From Candidatus Bathycorpusculum acetigenes (GTDB taxonomy: Archaea > Thermoproteota > Bathyarchaeia > Bathyarchaeales > Bathycorpusculaceae), in NCBI GenBank assembly GCA_009781675.1, contig WQVG01000003.1, positions 3,117-67,116 of the forward strand: 64,000 bases of DNA. The letters run 5' to 3'. Below the pieces are notes generated by a model that saw nothing but the letters and a program-made list of their open reading frames with translations, had not been told where the DNA came from and ran no database searches. Numbering within the stretch: position 1 is the first letter of the stretch; each line of letters opens with the position of its first letter. This document shows positions 36,592-45,328 of the stretch, in pieces. The position numbers and the translations under genes were made by a program.

Positions 36592-37078
36592 AATTAATCC
36601 ATTTGTGAATTTTCCTTTTGTCCTGAGCGCTCTTGATTTTTTTGTGGTGCTTCCAAAGGACATTTTGCAGAGAAGGCACCTTAAGGGCTTGGGCAAGTTT
36701 TCGCACCATTTCTAGACAAGTTTGCTGAGTCCATTTTCCCGCTGAGAAGGTGCCCATTTAAAAGGTAGAACAGGAAACGGTAATCTGACGAAAAATTTAT
36801 AAATAAACAGCAGATAAAACACCTGATAAACTTGCCGCCTAAAAATTTAATTGCATTAAATTATTTTTTTAGCGATCTTTATACATTAGGGCTCAAAACC
36901 GAAAAAATGTGCCCAATATCAAAATCTTATGATAAAAAAATTTGCAAACAAGTAATATCACCTTTTGCGGCGGCAAACTTTAAACGTCACACCTTTTATG
37001 TTGACACTGCAACATTAACCTCCGATATGTCTAGTTTCTGTGGCAAATACGGCAACATGTCACAGGAGGAATAATAAT

Positions 37079-37447
37079 ATGGGAACATACAAACAACCAT
37101 GTATGCATTGTGGAGCATTAATAGAACGAGACAGCCATTTTTGTACCAAATGCGGCAGTCATAGCCCCTTCGGATATCACTGCCCCTCTTGCCGAAAACA
37201 GATTGAGCGCGGAAACGCCATATGCTCCGGTTGCGGGCGTAACTTAATGACCCCTTGCCCTTTTTGTAACGGACAAACTTTCATTGGAAGCGAGAAATGT
37301 GATGCCTGCCAAAAATCCGTAATGATCCATTGTGAAAATGACCGATGCGGTAAACTTCAATTCTTCGAAAATACAAAATGTACCGCCTGTGGTAAACCCA
37401 TAAAAAATACAAAAAAACAACTTGAAAAAATGAAAAAGGAGAATTAA
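37079..37447 (+). CDS. Multi-zinc-ribbon protein (four tandem CxxC...CxxC ribbons, 122 aa)
   Basis: CMHCG/CTKCG, CPSCR/CSGCG, CPFCN/CDAC, CEND..CG/CTACG. AGGAGG 10 nt upstream of ATG 37079. Confidence 0.6.
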   Translation: MGTYKQPCMHCGALIERDSHFCTKCGSHSPFGYHCPSCRKQIERGNAICSGCGRNLMTPCPFCNGQTFIGSEKCDACQKSVMIHCENDRCGKLQFFENTKCTACGKPIKNTKKQLEKMKKEN

Positions 37448-37452
37448 CTAAT

Positions 37453-38217
37453 ATGTTACAACCCTTTACAAGAAATTACCATGACAATAGCACTGATGCA
37501 GGGCATCAGTTCACATTCTATTGCGACATATGTAATGACGGATATAAATCCAGCTTTATCGAATCGGCTACATACAAAAAGAAGAAAAAATCCAACTTTT
37601 TTGGCCAAAGTGCCGGTTTAGTCGGCGGATTCTTAGGCGGTGCAGCACAAAAAATTGGTTCTACCGCAGAACGCGGAGGAAACATCCTGTCCAAACAGCA
37701 CGAAGGGAAATCCCCTGAATGGCAAAAGGAACATGAGCAAGCCTTTGAGCAGGCTCAAAATGAGGCCAAACAACATTTCCACCGATGTCCCAACTGTAAC
37801 AAATACGTTTGCGACCACTGCCACAATGAAGACGCCGGACTCTGCACTGCCTGCGCACCTCGACAAGAAGTCTATGTAGCAAAAACACACGCACAAGTCA
37901 TGAAACGCGATATAGACACAGCCGGACAAACAGCCACAGTATGGCAAGGCAAAATCGAAAGTAAAACAACCATGTGCACCGCCTGCGGCAAACCTGCCGG
38001 AACAGGCAAATTCTGCAATAGTTGCGGAGCAAGCATGGAACTAAAAGAATGCCTCAAATGCGGCGCAAAAAACGCACCAACCGTCCGTTTCTGCAATAAC
38101 TGTGGAGAAAACCTACAAACAGCAACTGCCGCCACACCCACGGGTCAGTGCTCCTCTTGCGGGTTTAACAATCCCTCAGGAACAAAATTTTGCGGCGAAT
38201 GCGGAAATAAATTATAA
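37453..38217 (+). CDS. Zinc-ribbon-rich protein (254 aa) with a Gly-rich hydrophobic segment
   Basis: CDICN, CPNCNKYVCDHCH..CTAC, CTACG/CNSCG, CLKCG/CNNCG, CSSCG/CGECG. AAGGAG SD. 5-nt gap from the upstream gene. Confidence 0.6.
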   Translation: MLQPFTRNYHDNSTDAGHQFTFYCDICNDGYKSSFIESATYKKKKKSNFFGQSAGLVGGFLGGAAQKIGSTAERGGNILSKQHEGKSPEWQKEHEQAFEQAQNEAKQHFHRCPNCNKYVCDHCHNEDAGLCTACAPRQEVYVAKTHAQVMKRDIDTAGQTATVWQGKIESKTTMCTACGKPAGTGKFCNSCGASMELKECLKCGAKNAPTVRFCNNCGENLQTATAATPTGQCSSCGFNNPSGTKFCGECGNKL

Positions 38218-38293
38218 ACGCAAATCACTTAACCTGTGCTTTCAGATACCCAAAAAGCCAACTATTTGCACCCACACTGTCAGGAGATAAACC

Positions 38294-39655
38294 ATGGATT
38301 TATCCAACATTAAAAGTGGCGGTTCACCCAAACAGGCACAATCTGCCATGGAATACGTGGCACAGGCCGCTTCTCCTCTAATAAATGGCGAGGTCAAATT
38401 AACAATTAGCGACAATGCCCTAATAGCGATAGCGTTATTTGATGCTATAGAGATAACTTTTGCCGAGATAAACACTTTAGACTTGACAAATTATATTGTA
38501 ACAGTTAAGGCAGACAGTGGCGATTATACTTTTTCCCACATGGGTAACTGGTGCCAGCCGTTTTATGACACATTATGCGATGCATACAACAAGGCCGTGT
38601 TACGCTCTTTATTTATCAAAAACAACCCTATATTAACAGCAAAGGGTGAATATCGCTATAATGAAAACGGAGAAAACAAAAACACATCTGCAGTTCCTAT
38701 TTACATCTATGAAAACAATGTAACAGCCTTACCCCCTAATCTGTCTGCACGACGCGTTCCCCTCTGCTTTATAACCGCTATAGAAAGGGGTGATTATGAG
38801 TTGACTCTGCGATTAGACACAGGTGAAACCTATACCTATGCCAAGATAGGCTATGATACAGCTATATTCACAGACACCGTTGAAAAACAGCTCCGTAAAC
38901 TACGAGAAGAATCACTTATAGCAATCAAAGGAATCGACCCAGCACTCACAGCCGCACAGGCTTCCCAAATCGCTAAAATCATGCCCCCGGGCGTAGCAGT
39001 TCCTATTGGCAAGCTTGCAGAGATAGCACCATCATTTAGAGAGGCATTAGAAAATAAAATTGCCACTTCACGCGCTAACAAAAGTTATATAATATTAAAA
39101 GAATTATGCGATCCAACACAAATATTTGTAGGATTTCGAAAAAATGAAACGTTGCAAGACATCGACGGTTTGTCCGATGCAATATTTGAAAGCGCAAGTA
39201 GCATACCCCTTGGCTCGACTGGCGGGAGTAATACATTTGAAACATCAAACGGTTTAACAGATGCCAACAATGAGACCAAAGAAACAAAAACTGCCTCCTC
39301 TGATCCATACCTGATATGGTTAATCGCGCCATCCCCTGATGGTCAATTCGCCACGGTGGAATTTGCCGAAGCCGATAGTGCAACATTTGTTTACCATACA
39401 GGCGGCAACTTTACCACTTTTGCCAGACAGATCAACCGTGCATTGGAAGCAATAAATTTCAAACGTGAGGTCATTCGCATGACCGACAAAGAACTGCAAA
39501 AACCCGAAAACGCCGATTACTACATGGCAGCCAAACGGACAACCGCTCTACAATTCGTCCGTTCCAACTTTGTTGGAAGGATAATTCACTCAAACATGGA
39601 AAACTGGAAACAAAAACTAACAGAATTATGGAACAGTACAGACTACAACGGTTAA
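38294..39655 (+). CDS. Hypothetical protein (453 aa), no recognised domain
   Basis: Long clean ORF with AGGAG SD. Same strand as, and close to, the zinc-ribbon genes. Confidence 0.55.
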   Translation: MDLSNIKSGGSPKQAQSAMEYVAQAASPLINGEVKLTISDNALIAIALFDAIEITFAEINTLDLTNYIVTVKADSGDYTFSHMGNWCQPFYDTLCDAYNKAVLRSLFIKNNPILTAKGEYRYNENGENKNTSAVPIYIYENNVTALPPNLSARRVPLCFITAIERGDYELTLRLDTGETYTYAKIGYDTAIFTDTVEKQLRKLREESLIAIKGIDPALTAAQASQIAKIMPPGVAVPIGKLAEIAPSFREALENKIATSRANKSYIILKELCDPTQIFVGFRKNETLQDIDGLSDAIFESASSIPLGSTGGSNTFETSNGLTDANNETKETKTASSDPYLIWLIAPSPDGQFATVEFAEADSATFVYHTGGNFTTFARQINRALEAINFKREVIRMTDKELQKPENADYYMAAKRTTALQFVRSNFVGRIIHSNMENWKQKLTELWNSTDYNG

Positions 39656-39977
39656 ATCAGGCTCAACATAGATGTATATGTTGCGTCAAACGCAAACCTG
39701 CTCAACAAACACTATTGGGCTATAAGCGTGGTTTGATGAGTGTATTTATGCCAAAGCGGTCTTGGGGGTGGGCATTTGGGCTTTGTTTTGGGTGGTGGTG
39801 TGGCAGTTGGGGCTTGGTATAACACAGAGCTAACCGAGATAGCCTCATATACTTTTCTGCCAAATATACCGACAAGCAGGCGACAATATGACCCAAAAAA
39901 CTAAACACCGCGCACTTTATGAGTATTCGATTTCGGATCCGCTAATTCTATGCTTAAGCAAAGAGAATTTTTAGCAG

Positions 39978-40856
39978 GTGTTTAAAGATATGGATATATT
40001 GTTGTATTTAGTGGAGTTTTTAGTATTTATAGTATCAATAATTTGTTCCTTCAAATTTTTGGTTAAATGGTATGAACCCTTGCTTTCAAAACGCCCGCTT
40101 AACAGGAACAAATCGGCAAGATACATACTGGGCTTACTGCCGATAGGTTCTTTTTGTGTTATTTTATTTACCTTAAAAATGTTAGCTTCGTTCGATGTTG
40201 TGGACAGTTTTATTTATATTTCGATGTATATGGTTTTAGGGATTGCATGGCTTTTCCTTGGAGCGACGCTTATGTCGTGTGTTTTTGATTTGTCATGGCT
40301 TGACGATGCGCTGAATTTGAATAATAAAGCCGCTTTAATAGCGGTTGTGGGTGGATTTCTTGGATTAACACTTATTTATTCTGGTGCAAATATCGGAAAC
40401 GGACCGGGATGGTGGTGTGTTGTTTTTACCGGAGGCTTAGGTCTTGTTGCATGGATCGTTCTTGGGCTTGTAATCAACAGTTGCACAAAAACTTTTGAGC
40501 GCATTACCGTTGAGAGAGATATTGGATGTGGAATACGGTTTGGATCTTACCTGTTGGCAAGCGGAATTATTTTGGCGAGAGCGTGCGCCGGAGATTGGAC
40601 TTCTTTTTATATAACCTTAGTTGAATTTATAGACGGCTGGTCGGTGCTTGTTTTAGCAGGAATTTTGATTTTAGTTGAGCTATACTATATTCATAAGGCC
40701 AAATCGAACAAAACTAATAATGCTATTTTCGGTTCAATATTTTTGGCAGTTGTTTTTATAGCAATGGCGATCACGATTGTATATTTGTTGCCACCAACAA
40801 GTGGAAACCCAATATATAGAGTAGCACTTGAAGTCTTTTGGAGCCTGCATATATGA
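39978..40856 (+). CDS. Polytopic membrane protein with two DUF350 (YjfL)-like repeats
   Basis: Two repeats of an acidic stretch followed by a small-residue-rich helix (DDALNLNNKAALIAVVGGFLGLTLIYSGA and ERDIGCGIRFGSYLLASGIILARACAG), as in the DUF350 family. Confidence 0.5.
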   Translation: MFKDMDILLYLVEFLVFIVSIICSFKFLVKWYEPLLSKRPLNRNKSARYILGLLPIGSFCVILFTLKMLASFDVVDSFIYISMYMVLGIAWLFLGATLMSCVFDLSWLDDALNLNNKAALIAVVGGFLGLTLIYSGANIGNGPGWWCVVFTGGLGLVAWIVLGLVINSCTKTFERITVERDIGCGIRFGSYLLASGIILARACAGDWTSFYITLVEFIDGWSVLVLAGILILVELYYIHKAKSNKTNNAIFGSIFLAVVFIAMAITIVYLLPPTSGNPIYRVALEVFWSLHI

Positions 40857-42070
40857 AACATTCAATTAAACTTGAGCTGATACCCGAGGATAAGTATTCC
40901 GATTATCGGTACACCGTTATTTTCAAAGCGTACAAATGGGATCCGCAGGTTGGGGACAATAATACCGTTTCCAAGCATGTTGTCATATTAGACCCAAAAA
41001 CTGTTGAACAATTAAAATCATGGGCTGAACAGTTGTCAAGCGAAACAATGCTTATGGAAGAAGGACTGTTAAAAAACCTTCTTTTAGCAAAAGAATTGGG
41101 GTTACCTGATAAAATAAGAAAAACACTTGGTCGTACGTCAAATTATAATCGAAATAAAAATGTCCGGCTGATGCGTTTTGATTTTCATCCAACTAAAACT
41201 GGGTGGGCTATATCGGAGGTAAATAGCGATGTGCCGGGAGGTTTTGCGGAAGCATCGATTTTACCCGAGATTACCAATACATATTTTGACGGATACACGC
41301 CCGCCGAAAACTTTTCAAACATAATGGTTGAAGCCTTTAAAAGCAAAACTAAAGTTGCCGCAAATATAGCTTTTGTTCACGCGACAGCCTACTCTGACGA
41401 CCGACAAGTTATGCAGTTTTTAAGCGACCGTTTCATGGAAAACGGCATGAACACAGTTTTTGCTGCGCCCGATCATATAAAATGGGTAGATAAAAAGGCG
41501 TTTAGCATTGTAGAAGGAAATGAATGTGAAATAGATGGTATTATTCGATTTTTCCCATTAGAATGGCTTGTCAGTTTGCCGCGAACAGCGAAATGGCAAG
41601 GATATTACGACTGTGAAACGGTATCCTGCAATCATCCGGCAGCCATATTGACACAATCAAAAAGATTACCTCTTATTTGGGATAAACTTGGCGTTAAAAT
41701 TCCTGTATGGAAAGAATTGTTACCAGAGACAAAATCTCCAAAGGATATAAATCCACAAAATACTGATTGGATTTATAAACCGGCACTCGGAAGGGTTGGT
41801 GAAGGAATTTCAATCAAAGGAGCAATCAGTAAAAAGGAACTGGTAGAGATTGAAAAGTCCGCGCGTAGGGATTCAAAAAACTGGATTTCTCAGCGAATGT
41901 TTGAAAGCGTTCCTGTTAAATCAGTAAATGGTGAAAATTATCATTTGTGCCTGGGCGTGTTTACGATAGACGGAAAATTTGCAGGATTTTATGGAAGAAT
42001 CAGCTTGTATCCACGCATAGATTCTAACGCGGAAGATATTTCGGTATTGGTATCAAAGGAGGACGTGTAA
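40853..42070 (+). CDS. Glutathionylspermidine synthase-like (GspS/YgiC/YjfC family) ATP-grasp amidoligase
   Basis: Colinear motif matches to E. coli YjfC as recalled: RFDFH..WAISEVNSDVPGG, FFPLEW, ILTQSKRLPLIW, IYKPALGRVGEGI, LGVFTIDGKFAGFYGR. ATGA overlap with the upstream gene. Confidence 0.75.
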   Translation: MKHSIKLELIPEDKYSDYRYTVIFKAYKWDPQVGDNNTVSKHVVILDPKTVEQLKSWAEQLSSETMLMEEGLLKNLLLAKELGLPDKIRKTLGRTSNYNRNKNVRLMRFDFHPTKTGWAISEVNSDVPGGFAEASILPEITNTYFDGYTPAENFSNIMVEAFKSKTKVAANIAFVHATAYSDDRQVMQFLSDRFMENGMNTVFAAPDHIKWVDKKAFSIVEGNECEIDGIIRFFPLEWLVSLPRTAKWQGYYDCETVSCNHPAAILTQSKRLPLIWDKLGVKIPVWKELLPETKSPKDINPQNTDWIYKPALGRVGEGISIKGAISKKELVEIEKSARRDSKNWISQRMFESVPVKSVNGENYHLCLGVFTIDGKFAGFYGRISLYPRIDSNAEDISVLVSKEDV

Positions 42071-42831
42071 TGAAAGACAAAATGAGCCTGTATAAAATTT
42101 GGGCTCCGGACAACGCTTTGTGGACGCAATGGACAAAGCCTGTGCTGTTTGCAAGTTTACCCTGTAATACTGGTGATTGCGAGTTAAAACCGCCTAGTGC
42201 TGACCATATGCAAATGGTTGATTACAATGCGGTTATTATTGTAGATTTACCCGGAAAAGAAAGTGTTGACGAAGGACTGGTTTTGGCGCAGTGCGGATAT
42301 AGACCGGTTCCTCTGTACAACGGAGTATACGGTAATTCAAAATTTTCAATGATTGTAGATGTACAGGGCATTGCCGAAGCGTTGCAAGAGGGCGCCGATA
42401 TGCTGTCTTCGTTAAATATCAGAGCGGATGCTCCACCGGTATTTCTATTAGATTCTAACAGAATGACAGGCCAAGGAAAACAACCGGGCAAATATGATAA
42501 CCGTTGGTGTGTTTTTCCGCAGGATATGCCCTCCGCGTCTTTTCTTTTGAAAAACGGTATTCAAAAAATTATCGTACGCTCCACAAGGATTCAAGAAGAT
42601 TTAGCGCACATTTTATTACGTTATCAAAATCAGGGTATCAATATTTTTCTATGCAGCAATGACGAAATCCTAAAGGAGATAAAAGTTTCAAAACCGTCAT
42701 TGTTTATGAGCTTTTTTTACCGTTTCAAGGTAACTCTCGGCTTAAGCCGTAACGCAACCGGCGGATTTGGCGCAGTTATCCCCGAACCGCAAATAGGCTG
42801 GTCAAACAGGAGCTATTATTGGTATGGATAG
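42070..42831 (+). CDS. Hypothetical protein (253 aa) translationally coupled to the ATP-grasp gene
   Basis: TAATG overlap. AGGAGG 8 nt upstream. No motif recognised. Confidence 0.55.
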   Translation: MKDKMSLYKIWAPDNALWTQWTKPVLFASLPCNTGDCELKPPSADHMQMVDYNAVIIVDLPGKESVDEGLVLAQCGYRPVPLYNGVYGNSKFSMIVDVQGIAEALQEGADMLSSLNIRADAPPVFLLDSNRMTGQGKQPGKYDNRWCVFPQDMPSASFLLKNGIQKIIVRSTRIQEDLAHILLRYQNQGINIFLCSNDEILKEIKVSKPSLFMSFFYRFKVTLGLSRNATGGFGAVIPEPQIGWSNRSYYWYG

Positions 42832-42995
42832 TTAAAAAAGACAACATCGACAAAAACGCGGGCTGGTCTCATAGTGATCTTACACAGCTTGTTCCCTCAT
42901 ACATTCCACCTGAATAGCAGTATCGGTAGTTGCTGACCGGAAAACAAATTATGCCGCACTTGTATGCTGGTTATGGAAAGAAAAACCTAAAATAA

Positions 42996-43496
42996 TCAAG
43001 ATTTAGGCTTTTCTCTGCAATGGCATTCATCAGAAACGCAAGTACAATTTGGATTATAGCCGCTAGCGCATTCATCGCTACAGGTGCACTCCTCAATCAT
43101 AATGGTCCATTTAAGACCAAATTTGTCTTCAAGCTCTGCATAGCATTTATTCCAAAATGTTTCCTGCGCCTCACAAAATACTTTCCCGCCCTCTTTTAGA
43201 ATTTCAAATGCTGACTTGACACTTTCTGCTGTTTGAAGTTCTACACAAGCAAACGAACCATTGCCAAAAGTTGTCGGTTGACTAGGGGTCGTATCGCAAA
43301 GATAAATTGTGCTATTGCCAATTGGGAGTATACCGTGCATAATTAATTCTTCTGTGCCGGGTTGTATTGGATACTCCTTCGATGGTGGTGTATCTTTGTA
43401 TTGGCAATAATTAGCTTTTGTGTTAAATGCTTTCTCGTAGAGTTTAATTGCCTCTGCACAATTTCCATTGAAAATTAAATAAAGTGATGCTTTCAT
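42996..43496 (-). CDS. VOC/glyoxalase-superfamily PhnB-like protein with a Cys-rich C-terminal tail
   Basis: N-terminus MKASLYLIFNGNCAEAIKLYEKAF and GLKWTIM are typical of PhnB-like proteins. Tail is CTCSDECASGYNPNCTCVSDECHC. Confidence 0.7.
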   Translation of the reverse strand: MKASLYLIFNGNCAEAIKLYEKAFNTKANYCQYKDTPPSKEYPIQPGTEELIMHGILPIGNSTIYLCDTTPSQPTTFGNGSFACVELQTAESVKSAFEILKEGGKVFCEAQETFWNKCYAELEDKFGLKWTIMIEECTCSDECASGYNPNCTCVSDECHCREKPKS

Positions 43497-43679
43497 TTGT
43501 TTCCTTCCTTTATGAGTTTAATCTGGTTTTTATCTAAAATATATGATGAATCCTATTAAAGAGTGCATGTATTGGGTGGTTAAGATATCGTTAGAAAGTT
43601 CGTGAATACAAATTGCGCTGACTGGGGCAAATCGTCAGTATGTATAAAAAAACATGTTTATACCGTTTACGGGAAAAAA

Positions 43680-43705
43680 GTCAAATGAAATACAACTCAT
43701 TTGAC
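43680..43705. repeat. Perfect 9-bp inverted repeat GTCAAATGA-N8-TCATTTGAC
   Basis: Read directly. Lies in the intergenic region between the divergent VOC genes. Confidence 0.6.
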
Positions 43706-44046
43706 ACAATCAAACAAATTACGGATGATGTAAAGTTTTGATTTGCGTGGGATTTGCAGAATGCTTTACAGATACATAATGACATAACTTACAAGTCTTT
43801 GAACGAGTTATGTTCACATGTAAAAACAGTGGCTTTGCTCTGGGGATCATTTTGCGGGCATCAACAAAACGATACAAATGCCTAAATCGGCAGAAACACA
43901 GCTCACTGTTTATGGACTCACTCGTTATGCATGTTAATAACCGTTCAGTCTGAAGTTTTGTCCCATAAATGTTAACATGAACCCTCAATCCCACGATAAT
44001 TAACAGAACCCTTTTCGGTAGATTTTTATAGTGTTTCATGTTAGAG

Positions 44047-44076
44047 TTTATTTACGGCAAAAAAGTCGTAAATAAA
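44047..44076. promoter_or_regulatory. Perfect 10-bp inverted repeat TTTATTTACG-N10-CGTAAATAAA, 20 nt upstream of the VOC gene start
   Basis: Read directly. The position suggests an operator or 5' hairpin. Confidence 0.5.
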
Positions 44077-44095
44077 AAATAATGGGTATATTGAC

Positions 44096-44524
44096 ATGCA
44101 ACTCGAAATATTTATCAATTTTGACGGTAACTGCCGTGAAGCGGTAGAGTTCTATGCAAAAGTATTCAAATCAGAGGTTAGAAACCTTATGACTTATGCA
44201 GACGCGCCGCCTGATCCAAAATATCCTTTAAAAGAAGCTGACCGCGACAGAATAGTGTACGCTGGAATACCCATTGGCGGCATGACCGTAATGTTTATGG
44301 ATCTGCCTTCCGATTCACCGCTTACTGTGGGCGATAATATAACGCCAACCATCAGTACCGATAATAAAGATGAAGTTACAAGGTTGTTTAACGAGTTGAA
44401 AGAAGGTGGCGAAGTCTATATGGAACTTCAAAAAGCCTTTTTCAGCGAATGGTACGGTATGGTCAAAGATAAGTTCGGCGTGATATGGCAGATATTACAT
44501 TACGTCCCACAAAAAAAATTTTAG
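44096..44524 (+). CDS. VOC/glyoxalase-superfamily PhnB-like protein
   Basis: MQLEIFINFDGNCREAVEFYAKVF ... FGVIWQI. Confidence 0.75.
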   Translation: MQLEIFINFDGNCREAVEFYAKVFKSEVRNLMTYADAPPDPKYPLKEADRDRIVYAGIPIGGMTVMFMDLPSDSPLTVGDNITPTISTDNKDEVTRLFNELKEGGEVYMELQKAFFSEWYGMVKDKFGVIWQILHYVPQKKF

Positions 44525-44540
44525 AAAGGAGCTATTTATC

Positions 44541-44840
44541 ATGTCCAATGCTGTTTTGTTTATATCTTTTAAACTAGTGAAAGACGCATCTGTACCCGAC
44601 TTCTTATCTGCATCAGAAAAATTGAATAATGAGTATATGTCTAAACAAAAAGGCTTCATTTCTTGGAAACAACTTGTCGAGGGCGAGATGTGGGTTGATT
44701 TACTTACTTGGGAAACAATAGATGACGCCAAAAATATAATGGAACCAAATTGTACAAATACTCTTGCTGAAACGTTTTATTCTTTCATTGACCAAGAAAG
44801 CGTTAAAGTGCACCTTTTTTCTGTTAAAAAAAATTATTAA
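44541..44840 (+). CDS. Small alpha+beta barrel (ABM/Dabb-like) protein
   Basis: 99 aa. The pattern FISWKQL...WVDLLTWETIDDAK suggests a monooxygenase-like ferredoxin fold. AAGGAG SD. Confidence 0.4.
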   Translation: MSNAVLFISFKLVKDASVPDFLSASEKLNNEYMSKQKGFISWKQLVEGEMWVDLLTWETIDDAKNIMEPNCTNTLAETFYSFIDQESVKVHLFSVKKNY

Positions 44841-45046
44841 TTCAACATTTCTAAAATATATAGGGTGAATGTAGCACAAACATCTTCATTTATTTTTAGA
44901 CTGTCTCAATACTGGATATGTCTAAGGCATTATTTGCGGCATAATCAACTTTGAAAACCGGAATTACTCCCGAGTACTAATAGACTTTAGGTTTCAACTA
45001 ACGTTTTTATCCTAAGATCACTCTAAATATATTTGAGGTTTTAGTT

Positions 45047-45328
45047 TTGCAGAATAATTTTGATGTAGACGACTTAAATGTGATAGATATGGATGCAAAA
45101 AAGGTACTTGAAGCGCTTTCAGACTTTAATAGAGGCGAATTTACGAAAGGAGAACAAATACATAAAAAAACCGGTTTAAGCACCGAGATTATAAACGTTG
45201 CAGTTAAGGTTTTAGAAAAATCACTACTTGTAAACAATCCTGATATTTCCAAATCATCACCGCCATATGATTTTGATACCATAGAAATATCCGATTTTGG
45301 ACGACAAGTTCTTGAAAAATACGGTTAG
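45047..45328 (+). CDS. Hypothetical small protein, possible winged-helix
   Basis: TTG start. The segment GEQIHKKTGLSTEIINVAVKVLEKSLLV resembles an HTH. Confidence 0.35.
   Translation: MQNNFDVDDLNVIDMDAKKVLEALSDFNRGEFTKGEQIHKKTGLSTEIINVAVKVLEKSLLVNNPDISKSSPPYDFDTIEISDFGRQVLEKYG

Noticed and set aside
36560-36757. 65-aa minus-strand ORF reading into the 3' half of tRNA-Cys, reminiscent of the split integrase (intN) left by SSV-type integration
   Set aside because: No tyrosine-recombinase motif appears in the fragment. I found no matching intC fragment and no direct repeat of the tRNA 3' end anywhere downstream in the window.
36832-37074. 80-aa TTG-initiated ORF upstream of the zinc-ribbon operon
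   Set aside because: It has no SD, an odd composition, and sits in an AT-rich promoter-like region. It overlaps the SD and start of the 37079 gene.
37633-38141. Three long minus-strand ORFs and one alternative plus-strand ORF within the 37453-38217 gene
   Set aside because: These are artefacts of the Cys/Gly/Ala-codon-rich zinc-ribbon gene. Only the annotated frame yields regular CxxC ribbons and has an SD.
43719-44039. 106-aa minus-strand ORF between the two VOC genes
   Set aside because: Its composition is basic and Cys/His/Leu-rich with no motif and no SD. The region is better explained as regulatory intergenic DNA with palindromes.
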